From positions 64,001 to 128,000 of the forward strand of contig CAWEJX010000012.1 of the NCBI GenBank assembly GCA_963809485.1: a stretch of DNA of 64,000 nucleotides, written 5' to 3'. The DNA comes from an uncultured Acidobacteriota bacterium (GTDB lineage Bacteria; Acidobacteriota; UBA6911). Made by a program: the position numbers and the translations under genes. Numbering within the stretch: the stretch's first letter is position 1; the number at the start of each line of letters is the position of its first letter. Shown here piece after piece: positions 32,634 to 43,617 of this stretch. The notes beneath the pieces are model-generated. The model made no database searches and had not been told where the DNA came from. It was given only the letters and a program-made list of their open reading frames with translations.

Positions 32634-35136
32634 ATGGCGATTGAGTCTGGCAGCAAGTATGCCGAAGAAGTTGGATCATGGCAGGAAATTCTTATACCTG
32701 TCCGTTCCGCGCGGGTTGAAAAGGCCAGGGAAAGAGTGCGCAAAGAAGCCGAAATCTGCCTGGAACGCATTCGAGCCGAACTCAAGGCCTATAACCAGTA
32801 TAAAGACCAGCCTTCCATCATTCAGCGAGCCCGCTTCCTTGAGACTTTCCTGAGGGAGAAAAGTGTGCTTATCCAGGAGGATGAACTCATTATAGGTACC
32901 GTGGGAAGTAAGCCTCGCTCCGCTTTTATAACAACGGCGAATATCGCCTCTATCGAAGAAGAGCTGGATGATCCGGTAAAGGACTTCTCAATACGGTCCT
33001 ATGACAGGATTTTAGTTCATCCTGAGGAGAGAAAAGAACTGAGAGAAGAGATTATTCCGGCCGTTAAAGGCAGTGCCATCTCTCTTTTCGAGTATAATTT
33101 TAAAAATGTCGACCGGGATATTCTCGAACATGCCGCTCCCGGAGTCTCATCCTGTCCGCATATACCTATTATCGGTGACGTATCGATGGCAAGAGAAGGC
33201 GGCCACATGTTCCTCAACTTTGAAAAGGCCCTTTGTAAAGGGCTTAGAGGAATCAAGGAAGAGGTCAGGGAGAAGTTGGCGGAACTTGACCAGCCATATC
33301 GCGGATTTGACCGAAAACAGAGACGAGAATTTTACGAATCCGTGCTCATCACCCTGAATGCCGCTACGGAATATTTCCAGAAATATGCCGGACGCGCGCG
33401 TGAGATGGCAGCAAAAGAAACAGATCCGAAACGAAGGACGGAACTGGAACATATTGCCGAGACATGCGACCGGGTGCCGGAAAATCCCGCGCGGGACTGG
33501 TGGGAAGCTCTACAGTCCATCTGGTTCCTGTTCACTCTGAGTTGGATGGAACACGCCACTTTTGCAGTACATTTTCTCGGCCGAATCGACCAGATTTTGT
33601 ATCCCTTCTACAAGAAAACCGTAGAAGATGAGAAGAAAATGACCCGGGAAGAAGCTCTGGAGCTTCTGGAATGCTTCCTGGTGAAATTCAACGAACCAGC
33701 CTGGGCACTCAACTACGAGTGGTCGCAATGGGCAACCGGCCAGGGACTTTCCCAGACAATGGTGATCGGCGGACAGACCAGAGAGGGCAAAGATGCCTGC
33801 AACGAGGTTACCATGCTTGTACTGGAAGCTATGGAACAATTGCGTCTGAATCAGCCGGAATTCGCCATGAGGATATGGGAAGGGACACCCGATAAATATC
33901 TTAAAAAGGCGACCGAGCTTATCCGCCTCGGGCTCGGCTATCCGAAATTCATCGGTGACCGGAAAGGAATTCAGATGGCAGCCAAGGCCTATCCGGACCT
34001 GACAATCGAAGACTGGCGCCAGTTCGCTGTTGCCGGATGTTCGGAGATAGGTCTGCCTTATATCACTATGGATAACGGTTATGAAGCAATCGCACTGGCC
34101 TCCAAGTGGATAGAGCTGGTCTTGAGTAACGGTAAATGCGCGGTATGCGGCAAGCAGATCGGACTGGAAACCGGCGATCCCAGGAAATTTGAATCTATGG
34201 AACAGGTGAAAGAGGCCTACCGCAAACAGGTATTCTACTGGGGCGAGTATATGGCAAAGGCCGAGAAGATTTTCAAGGAAAACCAGAGCGAATGGTATCC
34301 TGCTCCATTCTGCTCGGCCTTTACCGAAGGACCCCTTGACAGAGGGCGAGATATTACCAGGGGCGGCGCCTGGTACACCGTGTACGGTTTCCTGCTGGCC
34401 AGCATCGCCGACGCAGCGGATTCTCTGGGAGTAATAGACAAGCTTATCTACCGTGATAAAAAGGTTACCTGGGACCAGCTGATTGAAGCGGTGAATGCCA
34501 ACTGGGAAGGTTATGAAAACATAAGGCAGCTCTGCGTCAACGGTGTCCCAAAATACGGGAATGACGACGATTACGCCGACGGCTGGGCAATCTGGGTAGC
34601 CGATGTCTGGGCCGACCTTATAGACTGGCTCAATACCAGAAAAGACCTTATGCCGAGGTGGGGAGGCAGATATCTGGCAGGTGGCCTGGTGGCAATAGCC
34701 AGTACCCAGTTCGGAGAATCGATCGGCGCTACACCAAACGGGCGTAAACATCCCATGCCGGTGGCTGATACCTGCTCTCCTGTACAGGGTGTCGACCGGA
34801 ACGGTCCCAGCGCCGTGGTCAAGTCATTCAGTAAATTGCCTACTCACCGGTGGGCGCTCGGCGGTCTGATAAACATCCGGTTAAATCCGAATCTGTTTAC
34901 AACCGATGCTGACCTTGAGAGATTTGCGGCTTTTATTCAGAGCATGTGAAGAGTTAGGTCTGTACCATGTTCAGTTCAATATAATTTCTGCGGAACTGCT
35001 GCGTAATGCAATGAAAGAACCGGAAAAATACCGGGACCTGCTGGTCCGGGTAGCCAGCTATGTCGCCTACTTTGTTGAGTTGAGTCCGAACCAGCAGATG
35101 GACATCATCAACAGAACCGAGCAACAGAGCTGGTAA
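32634..35136 (+). CDS. Glycyl-radical-family enzyme with Ser in place of the radical Gly (RVASY); frameshift near 34932
   Basis: GRIDQ, VIGGQ, Cys loop AGCSE, PKYGNDDD, GATPNGR; C-terminus HVQFNII...LLVRVASYVAYF in ORF 34906..35136. Confidence 0.88.
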
Positions 35137-35169
35137 CAGACCAAAAGCGCACCGGGGAGGGGTATCGGC

Positions 35170-36099
35170 TTGACGAATAAATCGGCTGACCCTGCAAAGA
35201 AACGACATGTCCTCAGCATTACCCGGATGACAGTTCATAACGGACCCGGGATACGAACCTTAATACTTCTGAAAGGCTGTCCTTTACGCTGCATCTGGTG
35301 TTCCACACCCGAATCCCGGAAAGAGACCCCGGAAATCGCTTTCTACCCGCATCAGTGTATCCTCTGTAACGACTGTATTCCGGTCTGTCCGAAGAACGCG
35401 ATAGCAACCGGTGATAGAGCGGTGGTCATAGACAGGGAGTTATGTGATAACTGCGGGCGGTGCGTCGATGTATGCAACACGGAAGCCCTGAGGCTCCTGG
35501 GACAGCAATATACAGCAGACGAACTCGTCCACGAGGTGATGAAGGACGAAATTGTCCATAAACATTCCGGCGGCGGAGCAACAGTCTCGGGAGGAGAGCC
35601 TCTGCTTGAACCTGAGTTTGCCGCCGAATTGCTCCGCTCTCTTAAGGAGAACGGAATTAATACCGGAGCGGATACCTGCGGTTTTGTCCCCCGAAAAAAT
35701 ATCGAGGCCGTCCTCCCCTATGTCGATTTTTTTCTCTGGGATATCAAACACATGGATGATGATACCCACCGCAAACTGACCGGAGTATCCAACCGTCTCA
35801 TCCTGGACAATCTTTGTTTTGCTTCGGGCAATAATATCCCGGTTTATTTGAAAGTACCCGTGATACCCGGCTGCAATGATTCCGAGGAAAACCTCAGGGC
35901 TGTCTGTAATTTCGCCGGAGACCTGCACTCGCTGGTTGAGATAAACCTCCTGCCGTTGCACCATCTGGGCAAGGCCAGATATGCTGCTCTGGGCCTCGAT
36001 TACCCCATAGACGGGATTCCTTTCATTAAGGATGATGTTCTCACGGAGATGAAACGCCTGGCAGAATCATACGGATTAAAATGCAGCATAATCGGGTAA
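35170..36099 (+). CDS. Glycyl-radical-enzyme activating enzyme (radical SAM, ferredoxin-like insert)
   Basis: HNGPGIRT, GCPLRCIWC, CILCNDCIPVCP, CDNCGRCVDVC, SGGEP, DIKHMD, LLPLH. Confidence 0.9.
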   Translation: MTNKSADPAKKRHVLSITRMTVHNGPGIRTLILLKGCPLRCIWCSTPESRKETPEIAFYPHQCILCNDCIPVCPKNAIATGDRAVVIDRELCDNCGRCVDVCNTEALRLLGQQYTADELVHEVMKDEIVHKHSGGGATVSGGEPLLEPEFAAELLRSLKENGINTGADTCGFVPRKNIEAVLPYVDFFLWDIKHMDDDTHRKLTGVSNRLILDNLCFASGNNIPVYLKVPVIPGCNDSEENLRAVCNFAGDLHSLVEINLLPLHHLGKARYAALGLDYPIDGIPFIKDDVLTEMKRLAESYGLKCSIIG

Positions 36100-36126
36100 C
36101 GGAGAAAAAAGACGCAGAATCCCAAT

Positions 36127-36330
36127 ATCGACGAATTGCTCTCCGGCTCAATAGATATGCATCTTCATTCCGGTCCGGACGAGATTCCGGGGCGCGCGGA
36201 TGCCGGTGAAACCGCCGAACAGGCTGCCGACGTCGGAATGAAAGCCATCGTGCTGAAAACTACAGTTATCCCACCACCCCGGTGGCTATCATCGCCCGGG
36301 AGATGGCGCCTGAAGTTGAGGTTTTCGACC
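36127..36330 (+). pseudogene. 5' fragment of a DUF6282-like hydrolase paralog
   Basis: IDELLSGSIDMHLHSGPD...GMKAIVLK matches the N-terminus of 27885..28763; no start codon, and it ends after about 65 codons. Confidence 0.75.
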
Positions 36331-36376
36331 CTTACAACTGTTCAAAAGGAATAAAGTGGAAGAAAGGAGAGAAATC

Positions 36377-38218
36377 ATGCGACGTTTTAGAATAGCATTA
36401 ATCTGTTTATGTGCTCTGGGCATTGTGTTAGCGGTATACGTGGTGACCAAAGGAGGTATAGAGGATGATACCTTAACAAGCAAGAAAGTAACAGTGCTGA
36501 ACCCGAGAGGTATAGCTCCTCCAATCGAAATGATACCCATGGCACCCAGGCTTGACACCCTGGAGGGCAAAACAATATACCTCGCAGGTATAAATTTCCA
36601 ACCGTTGCATCAAGGCATGATAGAAATCCACAGAATACTCGCCGAAAAATATCCCAAAACCACCTTTATACTCAAGGTCAAAGAGGGCTCCTACTTGGTT
36701 AATGACCAGAAGCTATGGGATGAAATCAAAGAAAAGGGCGACGGAGCGATAGTCGGTATCGGGCAGCTAGACACCAATGCACCGGCGACTGTCATCTTCT
36801 CCTCAATACTGGAAAAAATGGGGATACCCACGGCACCTGTTGTCACCGCAGGGTTTCCGAATCTCACAAGAAGCTTCGCGTACAAGAAGGGGATGCCTGA
36901 ACTGCGATTGACTTTTATTCCCCATCCTTTCTCAGCCAGACCAGTCGAAGTACAACGGGAATATATAAAGGGTAAAGATCCCATAAGCGGCAAACCAATT
37001 ATTGAACAAATCGTTGAGGCCCTCACCAAACCGCTAACCGATAAAGAACGAAAGACAGGTACCATAGAAAGACCCATACGAAGAATCCTGGGGCCTGATA
37101 CTCCCGAGAACCTGGCCAAGCTCTTTCTTGAAAACGGATGGACGGACGGTCTTCCGATAATTCTTCCTACGCAAGCAAGGGTAGCCGCGATGCTCAAGGG
37201 AACAAGCCACAAGCCTGATGAAGTAATCGGCATGATGCAGCCCACTCCTCCTAACGAGGCATGGGAAGGCTCTTTAAGGCAACTTGGCGGTAGTCAGGCG
37301 AAAGGAGGAGCTGAATTACCGGTAACGATGCAGCCTTCGCCTCCCTACGAGTCCTGGCAATATACTGTGGAGCATGTCGCTATCAATGCCGTGATGGCGG
37401 GAGCCAGTAAAGAGCATTTTCCTGTTATACTATCTATAGCCTCCACAGGAGTAACCTCATTATTCAGTTCCTGTTCCTCTTTCGCCAGGATGGTTGTCGC
37501 CAACGGGCCAATCCGCAAAGAGATAAAGATGAATTCCGGACTGGCCGCGTTGGGCCCCTTCAATCATGCCAATTCCGTCATCGGAAGGGCGTGGACGCTG
37601 ATATCCAAGAATCTGGGAGGCTCGATACCGGGTGAAACATATCTGGGTGATCTGGGTAATGCCCTCAACTACAACAATTTATGTTTTGCGGAGAATGAAG
37701 AGGCACTGCCCGAAGGATGGAGTCCCCTGCATGTGCAGAAAGGCTTCAAACCTGAAGAAAGCGTTGTCAGTATCTTGAGCGGGTGGAGTTTGATTAATTA
37801 TGGTGCTTTTAAGCCGTACCCGATTCACGAGGTCGCCAGGAAATTGTTTATAAGCTTTGAAACCAGCGGAGCCAGTATGGGTCGCCCTACTCTGTTATTA
37901 AGTCCCATAACGGCAACAGATCTAAAGAATGAAGGCTTCGAGAGTAAGGAGAAGTTGAGCCAGTGGCTCAAGGAAAATACCTATATGACCCTCTGGAATT
38001 ACTGGGCGATGAGGCCTAAGGACTTAGCATCCGCTAAAGCAGGAATCGAGCCATTCGCCTCAATGCTAAAACAGTCCCCGGGGGCATACTCACCGCAAAA
38101 ATCTCTCGCGCCCAACTCACAGGTTGAGATATTGGTAGTCGGTGGGGGGACCGAGGTATCCTGGCAGGCCGGAGACTTCGGGTACATGGTATCCGCATCG
38201 GTGGATAAGTGGAGGTAG
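36377..38218 (+). CDS. UGSC-family fused protein lacking Sec/Cys (GQ-L-DT-N), N-terminal membrane anchor/signal
   Basis: AAGGAG RBS; VLNPRG, APRLDTLEGK, LEKMGIP, IPHP, GWTDGLPIILPT. Confidence 0.8.
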   Translation: MRRFRIALICLCALGIVLAVYVVTKGGIEDDTLTSKKVTVLNPRGIAPPIEMIPMAPRLDTLEGKTIYLAGINFQPLHQGMIEIHRILAEKYPKTTFILKVKEGSYLVNDQKLWDEIKEKGDGAIVGIGQLDTNAPATVIFSSILEKMGIPTAPVVTAGFPNLTRSFAYKKGMPELRLTFIPHPFSARPVEVQREYIKGKDPISGKPIIEQIVEALTKPLTDKERKTGTIERPIRRILGPDTPENLAKLFLENGWTDGLPIILPTQARVAAMLKGTSHKPDEVIGMMQPTPPNEAWEGSLRQLGGSQAKGGAELPVTMQPSPPYESWQYTVEHVAINAVMAGASKEHFPVILSIASTGVTSLFSSCSSFARMVVANGPIRKEIKMNSGLAALGPFNHANSVIGRAWTLISKNLGGSIPGETYLGDLGNALNYNNLCFAENEEALPEGWSPLHVQKGFKPEESVVSILSGWSLINYGAFKPYPIHEVARKLFISFETSGASMGRPTLLLSPITATDLKNEGFESKEKLSQWLKENTYMTLWNYWAMRPKDLASAKAGIEPFASMLKQSPGAYSPQKSLAPNSQVEILVVGGGTEVSWQAGDFGYMVSASVDKWR

Positions 38219-38439
38219 AACAGCCGGGAGAGATTGATATGGCAGGGATAGGACTGTCCTCTTCCCGCTAGCTGGCCAAAAAGCTCGCGAGGTCGAGAGC
38301 ACGGAAAATTTGGTTTTGCTGGCTATCCATGCGAGTAAGAGTACGCTCGGAGCGCGGGCGGCCACCGATATTGAGCTTTTCGGCGGGATGAGCAGGATAA
38401 TAATTTGTGATTTCCTTGATCCTTTTGAGCTGCTCCTTC

Positions 38440-38590
38440 ATGCGCGACTGCGGCAATTCTGCATGCTCGGGTCTGCGAGGGGGGGCGGTCGTTGATAGGT
38501 TAGGGTGTTCCTATTCGGGCACACAGCCGGAAACGTCCGATGCAGACAAGACGACATCTAAAGACCCTATTGTGGCTTCCCCTACTCGGC
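38440..38590 (+). mobile_element. Probable degenerate group II intron 3' relic (domains V-VI)
   Basis: TGCGGCAATTCTGCATGCTCGGGTCTGCGAGGGGGGG resembles domain V; GGGCACACAGCCGGAAACG...CAGACAAG and terminal CCTACTCGGC resemble bacterial domain VI; no reverse transcriptase ORF. Confidence 0.45.
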
Positions 38591-38645
38591 GGGTCAAGAT
38601 AGTAGCGTGTATTAGTTACAAAGTCGAACACGAAGAAAGGAGAAA

Positions 38646-39887
38646 GTGATGTCTGAAGAAAAGAAAATAACGGCAATAACCAATGGCAGATTAATCGATG
38701 GTACAGGCGCCGACCCTGTTAATAACGCGACGGTCATTATCGAGGGATCGACAATCAAGAAAGTGGAAAAGCGTCAAGAAATTCCCAAGGGTGCCGCAGT
38801 CCTGGATGTTTCCGGGAAGACAGTGATGCCGGGGCTGATAAACGCGCATTTGCACCTGGCGGGAGGCGCTTCCGGGACTGGACCGTCTCCGTACCGCCCC
38901 AGAGAAGTCGCAATGTTCAAAGCGGCAGATGATGCCAAGATTATGCTGGCATCGGGATTCACGACTGTGAAGGACTGCGCGGGGAGAAACGCCCCGTTCC
39001 TGAAGCAGGCAGTCAAAGAGGGCGTCCTGACAGGGCTTCCTCGCATCGTTGCTGCCTGTTGTGTATTGAGCCAGACAGGTGGTCCGCAGGATCAAGCATC
39101 CAAAGGCGGGAAATCTCGTGATGCACGGGAAAATGATGAGGCAGAGTTTCTCATTTGTGACGGCGTGGACGAGTGTGTTAAGGCTTCTCGCTACTCTCTG
39201 CGCTTAGGTGCGGACTTCATTAAGGTCTTTGCCAGTCTGAATTATTTCCATCCGAATCACGATTCTCCAAGCGGTGTCACATTCAGTATGGAGGAGATGG
39301 AGGCTTTTGTGAAGACAGCCGCCCAGGTTGGCAAGTTCGTCACCGTTCATTCTCAGAATCGCCATAGTTCAAAGCTTGCCATACTTGCCGGGGTAAAGAC
39401 CATCGACCACGCCAGCGGGTCGGATGACGAAGTCGTGTCATTGGGAAAGACCCACGGTTCTATTTTCGTTTCGACTCTCGCATATCTCAGGGTGATGCTT
39501 GATGGAAAACTAGCCTCTCAAGCATCAGCAATGATACAAAAGGAGTGGGATGTTTCCGTTGAGGCGTACAGGAAAATGCACGATGCGGGAGTTGTCCTGG
39601 CGGCCGGCACCGATAGCTTCGGAGACACGAGAGAAGGTGCGATGGAAATTGAATTGTTGACGAAATATTGCAGTTTCACCCCGATGGAAGCAATTGTGGC
39701 TGCGACCAAACGCGGAGCCGAAGCCTGTTTTATGGGTGATAAGACGGGGACGATAGAGACAGGTAAGTACGCCGATATTATCGTTGTCGACGGCGACCCG
39801 CTGTCGAACATCAAGATATTGCAGGATGTCAATAAGATTAAAATAGTGATGTTGGAAGGCGACATCTGTGTCGATCGCGGGCTTTAA
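38646..39887 (+). CDS. Amidohydrolase family protein (prolidase-like subgroup)
   Basis: MPGLINAHLH, GADFIK, TVH, IDH, AGTD, GKYADIIVVDGDPL. Confidence 0.85.
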   Translation: MMSEEKKITAITNGRLIDGTGADPVNNATVIIEGSTIKKVEKRQEIPKGAAVLDVSGKTVMPGLINAHLHLAGGASGTGPSPYRPREVAMFKAADDAKIMLASGFTTVKDCAGRNAPFLKQAVKEGVLTGLPRIVAACCVLSQTGGPQDQASKGGKSRDARENDEAEFLICDGVDECVKASRYSLRLGADFIKVFASLNYFHPNHDSPSGVTFSMEEMEAFVKTAAQVGKFVTVHSQNRHSSKLAILAGVKTIDHASGSDDEVVSLGKTHGSIFVSTLAYLRVMLDGKLASQASAMIQKEWDVSVEAYRKMHDAGVVLAAGTDSFGDTREGAMEIELLTKYCSFTPMEAIVAATKRGAEACFMGDKTGTIETGKYADIIVVDGDPLSNIKILQDVNKIKIVMLEGDICVDRGL

Positions 39888-40103
39888 GCCCTAAAAATGA
39901 GATAAATCGACCTCATAGAGGATTAGCCTGTCGAGAGCATCGAGGTCGGGCGATGGGCTCCCGAGAGCATGCCTGATTTTTGAAGATCTGAGATGTGTCG
40001 ACATCAGAAAAGCTGGATCTTGGGAGGATGATAAAGATACTCCGGGAAGGTGGAAGACTGGGCACTGTATAAAAAATGTATCCATCCATGGGAGGAACCG
40101 CAG

Positions 40104-41179
40104 ATGAAACATTTAAACAGTATGCAAAAACTATTGATATTCATTAGCTATATCCTAATGGTCTGCGGGAGCGCCGCTATCGCGGATGATCGTCCAGACT
40201 CCGGGGGTATTACATATCTTCAGGGCCCCAGGAATGCCGAGGATATCCAACCGCTTGGTGATTCTCAGTGGTTGGTTACCTCCGGCTTGAACGGCCAGGC
40301 TTCAAAAACGGATGATAACGGCCATATCTACTTGGTCAATCGCAAAGAGAAGACATTCGAAGAATTCTTTCCGGGGGTAACGCCACAATTTAATCACGAT
40401 AAGGTAATGTTCAATGCCTGCCCAGGCCCGATAAACCCTAATAAATTTTCCGCCCATGGACTGGCCGTGCGGAAACGATCGTCCGGGCTTTATCGCCTGT
40501 ACGTCGTCAATCATGGAGAAAGAGAAGCCATAGAAGTATTTAATATTGACGCTAAAAGGCAAAAAGCCAGCGATTAGTTGGGCGGGTTGTGTATTATTAC
40601 CCAAAGAGATCATGGCGAACAGTGTCGCTATTCTTTCAGATGGTGGATTTTTAGACGACCAAGTATTTCGATCCGACTGTGCCGAATTCCATCAAAGAGC
40701 TCGTCCGGGGCAAGATCACCGGTGGTGTTTATGAATGGCATCCCGGCGGAACCGTTAAAGCCCTACACGGTACGGAGCTATCCGGCGCAAACGGGATCGC
40801 GGTATCTCCGGATGGTGAATGGGTCTATGTGACGGCCTTTGGTACACGCGAGATAGCCCGTTTTAACCGTACAAAAAGTCCTATTACAATGGAGAAAGTT
40901 AAGATCGACATCATGCCTGATAACATCCGTTGGGGTGATGATGGCATGCTTTATATCGCGGGTAATAATTATGTACCGCCTGAGCAATGCCCAAAACCAC
41001 CCTGTCGGACTGGATGGTCCGTATTTAGTATCCACCCTGAAACCTTGGAATTGAAACGAGTAACCGGTGTTGATCAAACGGCAACTTTGCAGAATGCCAC
41101 CACGGCACTTGCAGTGGGTAATGAGATATGGGTGGGAACCTACTCGGGTGATAGGATTGGTTATTTACCGAAGCCTTAA
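40104..41179 (+). CDS. Secreted beta-propeller lactonase/arylesterase-like protein; frameshifts near 40556 and 40655
   Basis: Signal peptide; NAED, AHGL, VNHGERE, ANSV, ANGIAVSPDG, PDNIRW spread over three successive ORFs. Confidence 0.7.
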
Positions 41180-41194
41180 AGGCAGTTCAATATA

Positions 41195-41545
41195 ATGGGA
41201 GGTCTTATGAGTATCAACAGATCAAGGAGGAGCTTTCTAAAGGCTGCGGGTGGGGGATTATTATTGCCTGCCGCCGGATGTGCATCAACAACGGGCCCCA
41301 AAGCCGCATCTCAACCGCCTGCAAACGTTGTCAATCACACTTTCGGCAAAGCAGGCCCGAAGGTTTGCGGAGTAGCCTGCGGGCTCGGCTTCGTGCCTCT
41401 GACGGAAGAGGCCTCCCGTGCCTTGGAAATGGGGATTAATTACTGCGATGCATCAGGAGATTACGGCGACAGCGAAAGGATCTTATCAGACATGACAAAA
41501 GGCCGGAATCGGGTGTACGCCCCGTATTACATGATATATTCGTGA
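41195..41545 (+). pseudogene. Truncated Tat-exported aldo/keto reductase-like fragment
   Basis: SRRSFLK Tat motif; ALEMGINYCDASGDYGDSERIL resembles the AKR N-terminus; only 116 aa. Confidence 0.55.
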
Positions 41546-41793
41546 AACCACAGCATATTTCATTACCTGGAAAAGTGCGGAGGCATGGAAGGCCGGCGCC
41601 TATTTTCCGGATAAAGCCAAGCAAGTGTGACCTGGAGCCGGCATTATTCGTCCTTCTGGAATGAGTCCATGGCATTATGCGAGATGTTTCTCCCCGAATG
41701 GGGAGGAGAGTCCCCAGATAGAATATAAGTACTATCAAGCCGCCACGGGGAAAAACGGTTCTCAATCTTCAGACTGCTTGGAAGGAGGAAGAA

Positions 41794-43617
41794 ATGGCAA
41801 AACTTAATGCGGTATGGTTGAGATCAGTAATAGGTGTGTTCTTTGTTTGTTCTATAACCATAGTGCATGCAAATACTTTTGCCGCTGAGCCTGAAGCGAA
41901 GGCAGAAGGTTTTTCATTTGAGGTGCTTAATCCGGAGGCCGAGTGGATTATGCCATCCAAAATCTCACTGATTTCTCCACGGCTTAAGGACCTGTCCCAG
42001 AAGAAAATCGGATTGCTCTACGCCGGCAAATCGGGTGGCGAGTTTTTTCTGGATGCATTAGAGGTGCTTCTGAAGAAGAAATATCCTTCGGCCACGATCT
42101 CAAGATATACCCGATGGGTGGATAATGCAGAGGAAAGGATATTAAGGGAAGAAGATGCCTTTGTTTATGCGGTGGGAGATGCCGGCCAGGCAGCCTGGGA
42201 CAGCATAACCTGGACAGTAAAACTGGAAAAACTCGGTAAACCCGGTGTTGCTGTTTTTGGTGACCGCGTCTTATATAATGCAAAAGTGGCCGCTTCCCAT
42301 CTTGGCATGCCGTCGGTTCGTATGGTGCCCCTACCCAGTATGGAATTTTACCCGAACAGGGCAAGCGCAGCGACCATGATGCCCTGTGCCGAAATGGTTC
42401 TGGACGATATAATAAATGCGTTAACCCGCCCGATACAGCCTTCAGAGAAGAATGCCGGTTTGATACCGAAAAAGGCGACACCTGAGTTTGTAAGAATTAC
42501 AGGCGACAGCCTGGAATCCGCCTATGATAAATTCTACCAGCTATTCATGGATAATGACTGGGGCGATGGACTCCCACTGGTCCCTCCCACGCGCTATAAC
42601 GTCGAACAGATGTTAAAGGCAACCAGCCTTTCACCTGATACAAAACTGGGTACAATACAAGTACATGACGGGAGTTCCGACCTAGTGCATGTCACTGTGG
42701 GTAAAGTTGCTGTAAATGCTGTGATGGCCGGCGCTAAACCGGAATATTTCCCGGTTATTATCGCTGCCATGGAGGGGATATCCGATAGGGGATTTTCCAG
42801 TCACGTTTTTTCTTCTGACGCCTCCTTTAACCTTTTAATAGCCGTGTCCGGCCCCATTGCGAAAAAAATCAATATGCACTCCGGAACAGGTTTCCTGGGG
42901 CACGGGTGGCGGGCCAATAATACCATCGGACGCGCTGTAAGACTGTGCATGAACAATATAGGCCATATAAGACCGGGAAAGCTTGATACGGCATTAACCG
43001 GCAGGGCGTCATCCCATACTTTTTATGTGCTGGCTGAAAATGATGTATTAAGTCCCTGGGCTCCATTTCACACTGTGCGAGGCTACCGGGCGGAAGACAG
43101 TTATGTTACAGTGTCCGGCATAGGTCTGGGCGGCGATTTCACTATTTACGGCGGCGGAACAGGAGGCGCCTGGAAAATTGATGATGTTCTGAAAAGCATT
43201 ATTAATAGAATTGCTCCTAACCGCAGTATGTTTGCAGGAACTGGCGTCAGGCCTCTCAACTATATTTTCATACTGAGTCCCGATACGGCACAGGAACTGA
43301 AGAAACGGGGCTATACCAGGCAGAGCCTTCAGGACTACATTATAGACAAAACATCCGTACCCTATGAGCAGTTGAGCAAGGCTGAGATCGAGGGGCTCAA
43401 AAGGAGGCTTTCGGAAAAGTCCGATGCCTGGGGAGGAACCGGGAATATTCCTGAAGACCGCAAACCCGTGTTCCGGGAAAACCTTAAACCCGGAGGCAAA
43501 ATACCTGCTGTCGTTTCACCTGACAATCTTAACATTTTTGTATCGGGTGATGTGTCAGGCTATAATCTTGGAGCGGTTTATCTGCTCGGGGGCCACTCGA
43601 TTAAGCCTGTTCGATAA
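41794..43617 (+). CDS. UGSC-family fused protein lacking Sec/Cys (GD-A-GQ-A), with signal peptide
   Basis: EVLNP, PRLKDLSQKKIG, AVGDAGQAAW, LEKLGKPG, DWGDGLPLVPPT. Confidence 0.82.
   Translation: MAKLNAVWLRSVIGVFFVCSITIVHANTFAAEPEAKAEGFSFEVLNPEAEWIMPSKISLISPRLKDLSQKKIGLLYAGKSGGEFFLDALEVLLKKKYPSATISRYTRWVDNAEERILREEDAFVYAVGDAGQAAWDSITWTVKLEKLGKPGVAVFGDRVLYNAKVAASHLGMPSVRMVPLPSMEFYPNRASAATMMPCAEMVLDDIINALTRPIQPSEKNAGLIPKKATPEFVRITGDSLESAYDKFYQLFMDNDWGDGLPLVPPTRYNVEQMLKATSLSPDTKLGTIQVHDGSSDLVHVTVGKVAVNAVMAGAKPEYFPVIIAAMEGISDRGFSSHVFSSDASFNLLIAVSGPIAKKINMHSGTGFLGHGWRANNTIGRAVRLCMNNIGHIRPGKLDTALTGRASSHTFYVLAENDVLSPWAPFHTVRGYRAEDSYVTVSGIGLGGDFTIYGGGTGGAWKIDDVLKSIINRIAPNRSMFAGTGVRPLNYIFILSPDTAQELKKRGYTRQSLQDYIIDKTSVPYEQLSKAEIEGLKRRLSEKSDAWGGTGNIPEDRKPVFRENLKPGGKIPAVVSPDNLNIFVSGDVSGYNLGAVYLLGGHSIKPVR

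Noticed and set aside
34947-34949. TGA ending ORF 32634..34949 as selenocysteine
   Set aside because: Out of frame with the C-terminal radical domain; caused by an indel near 34932.
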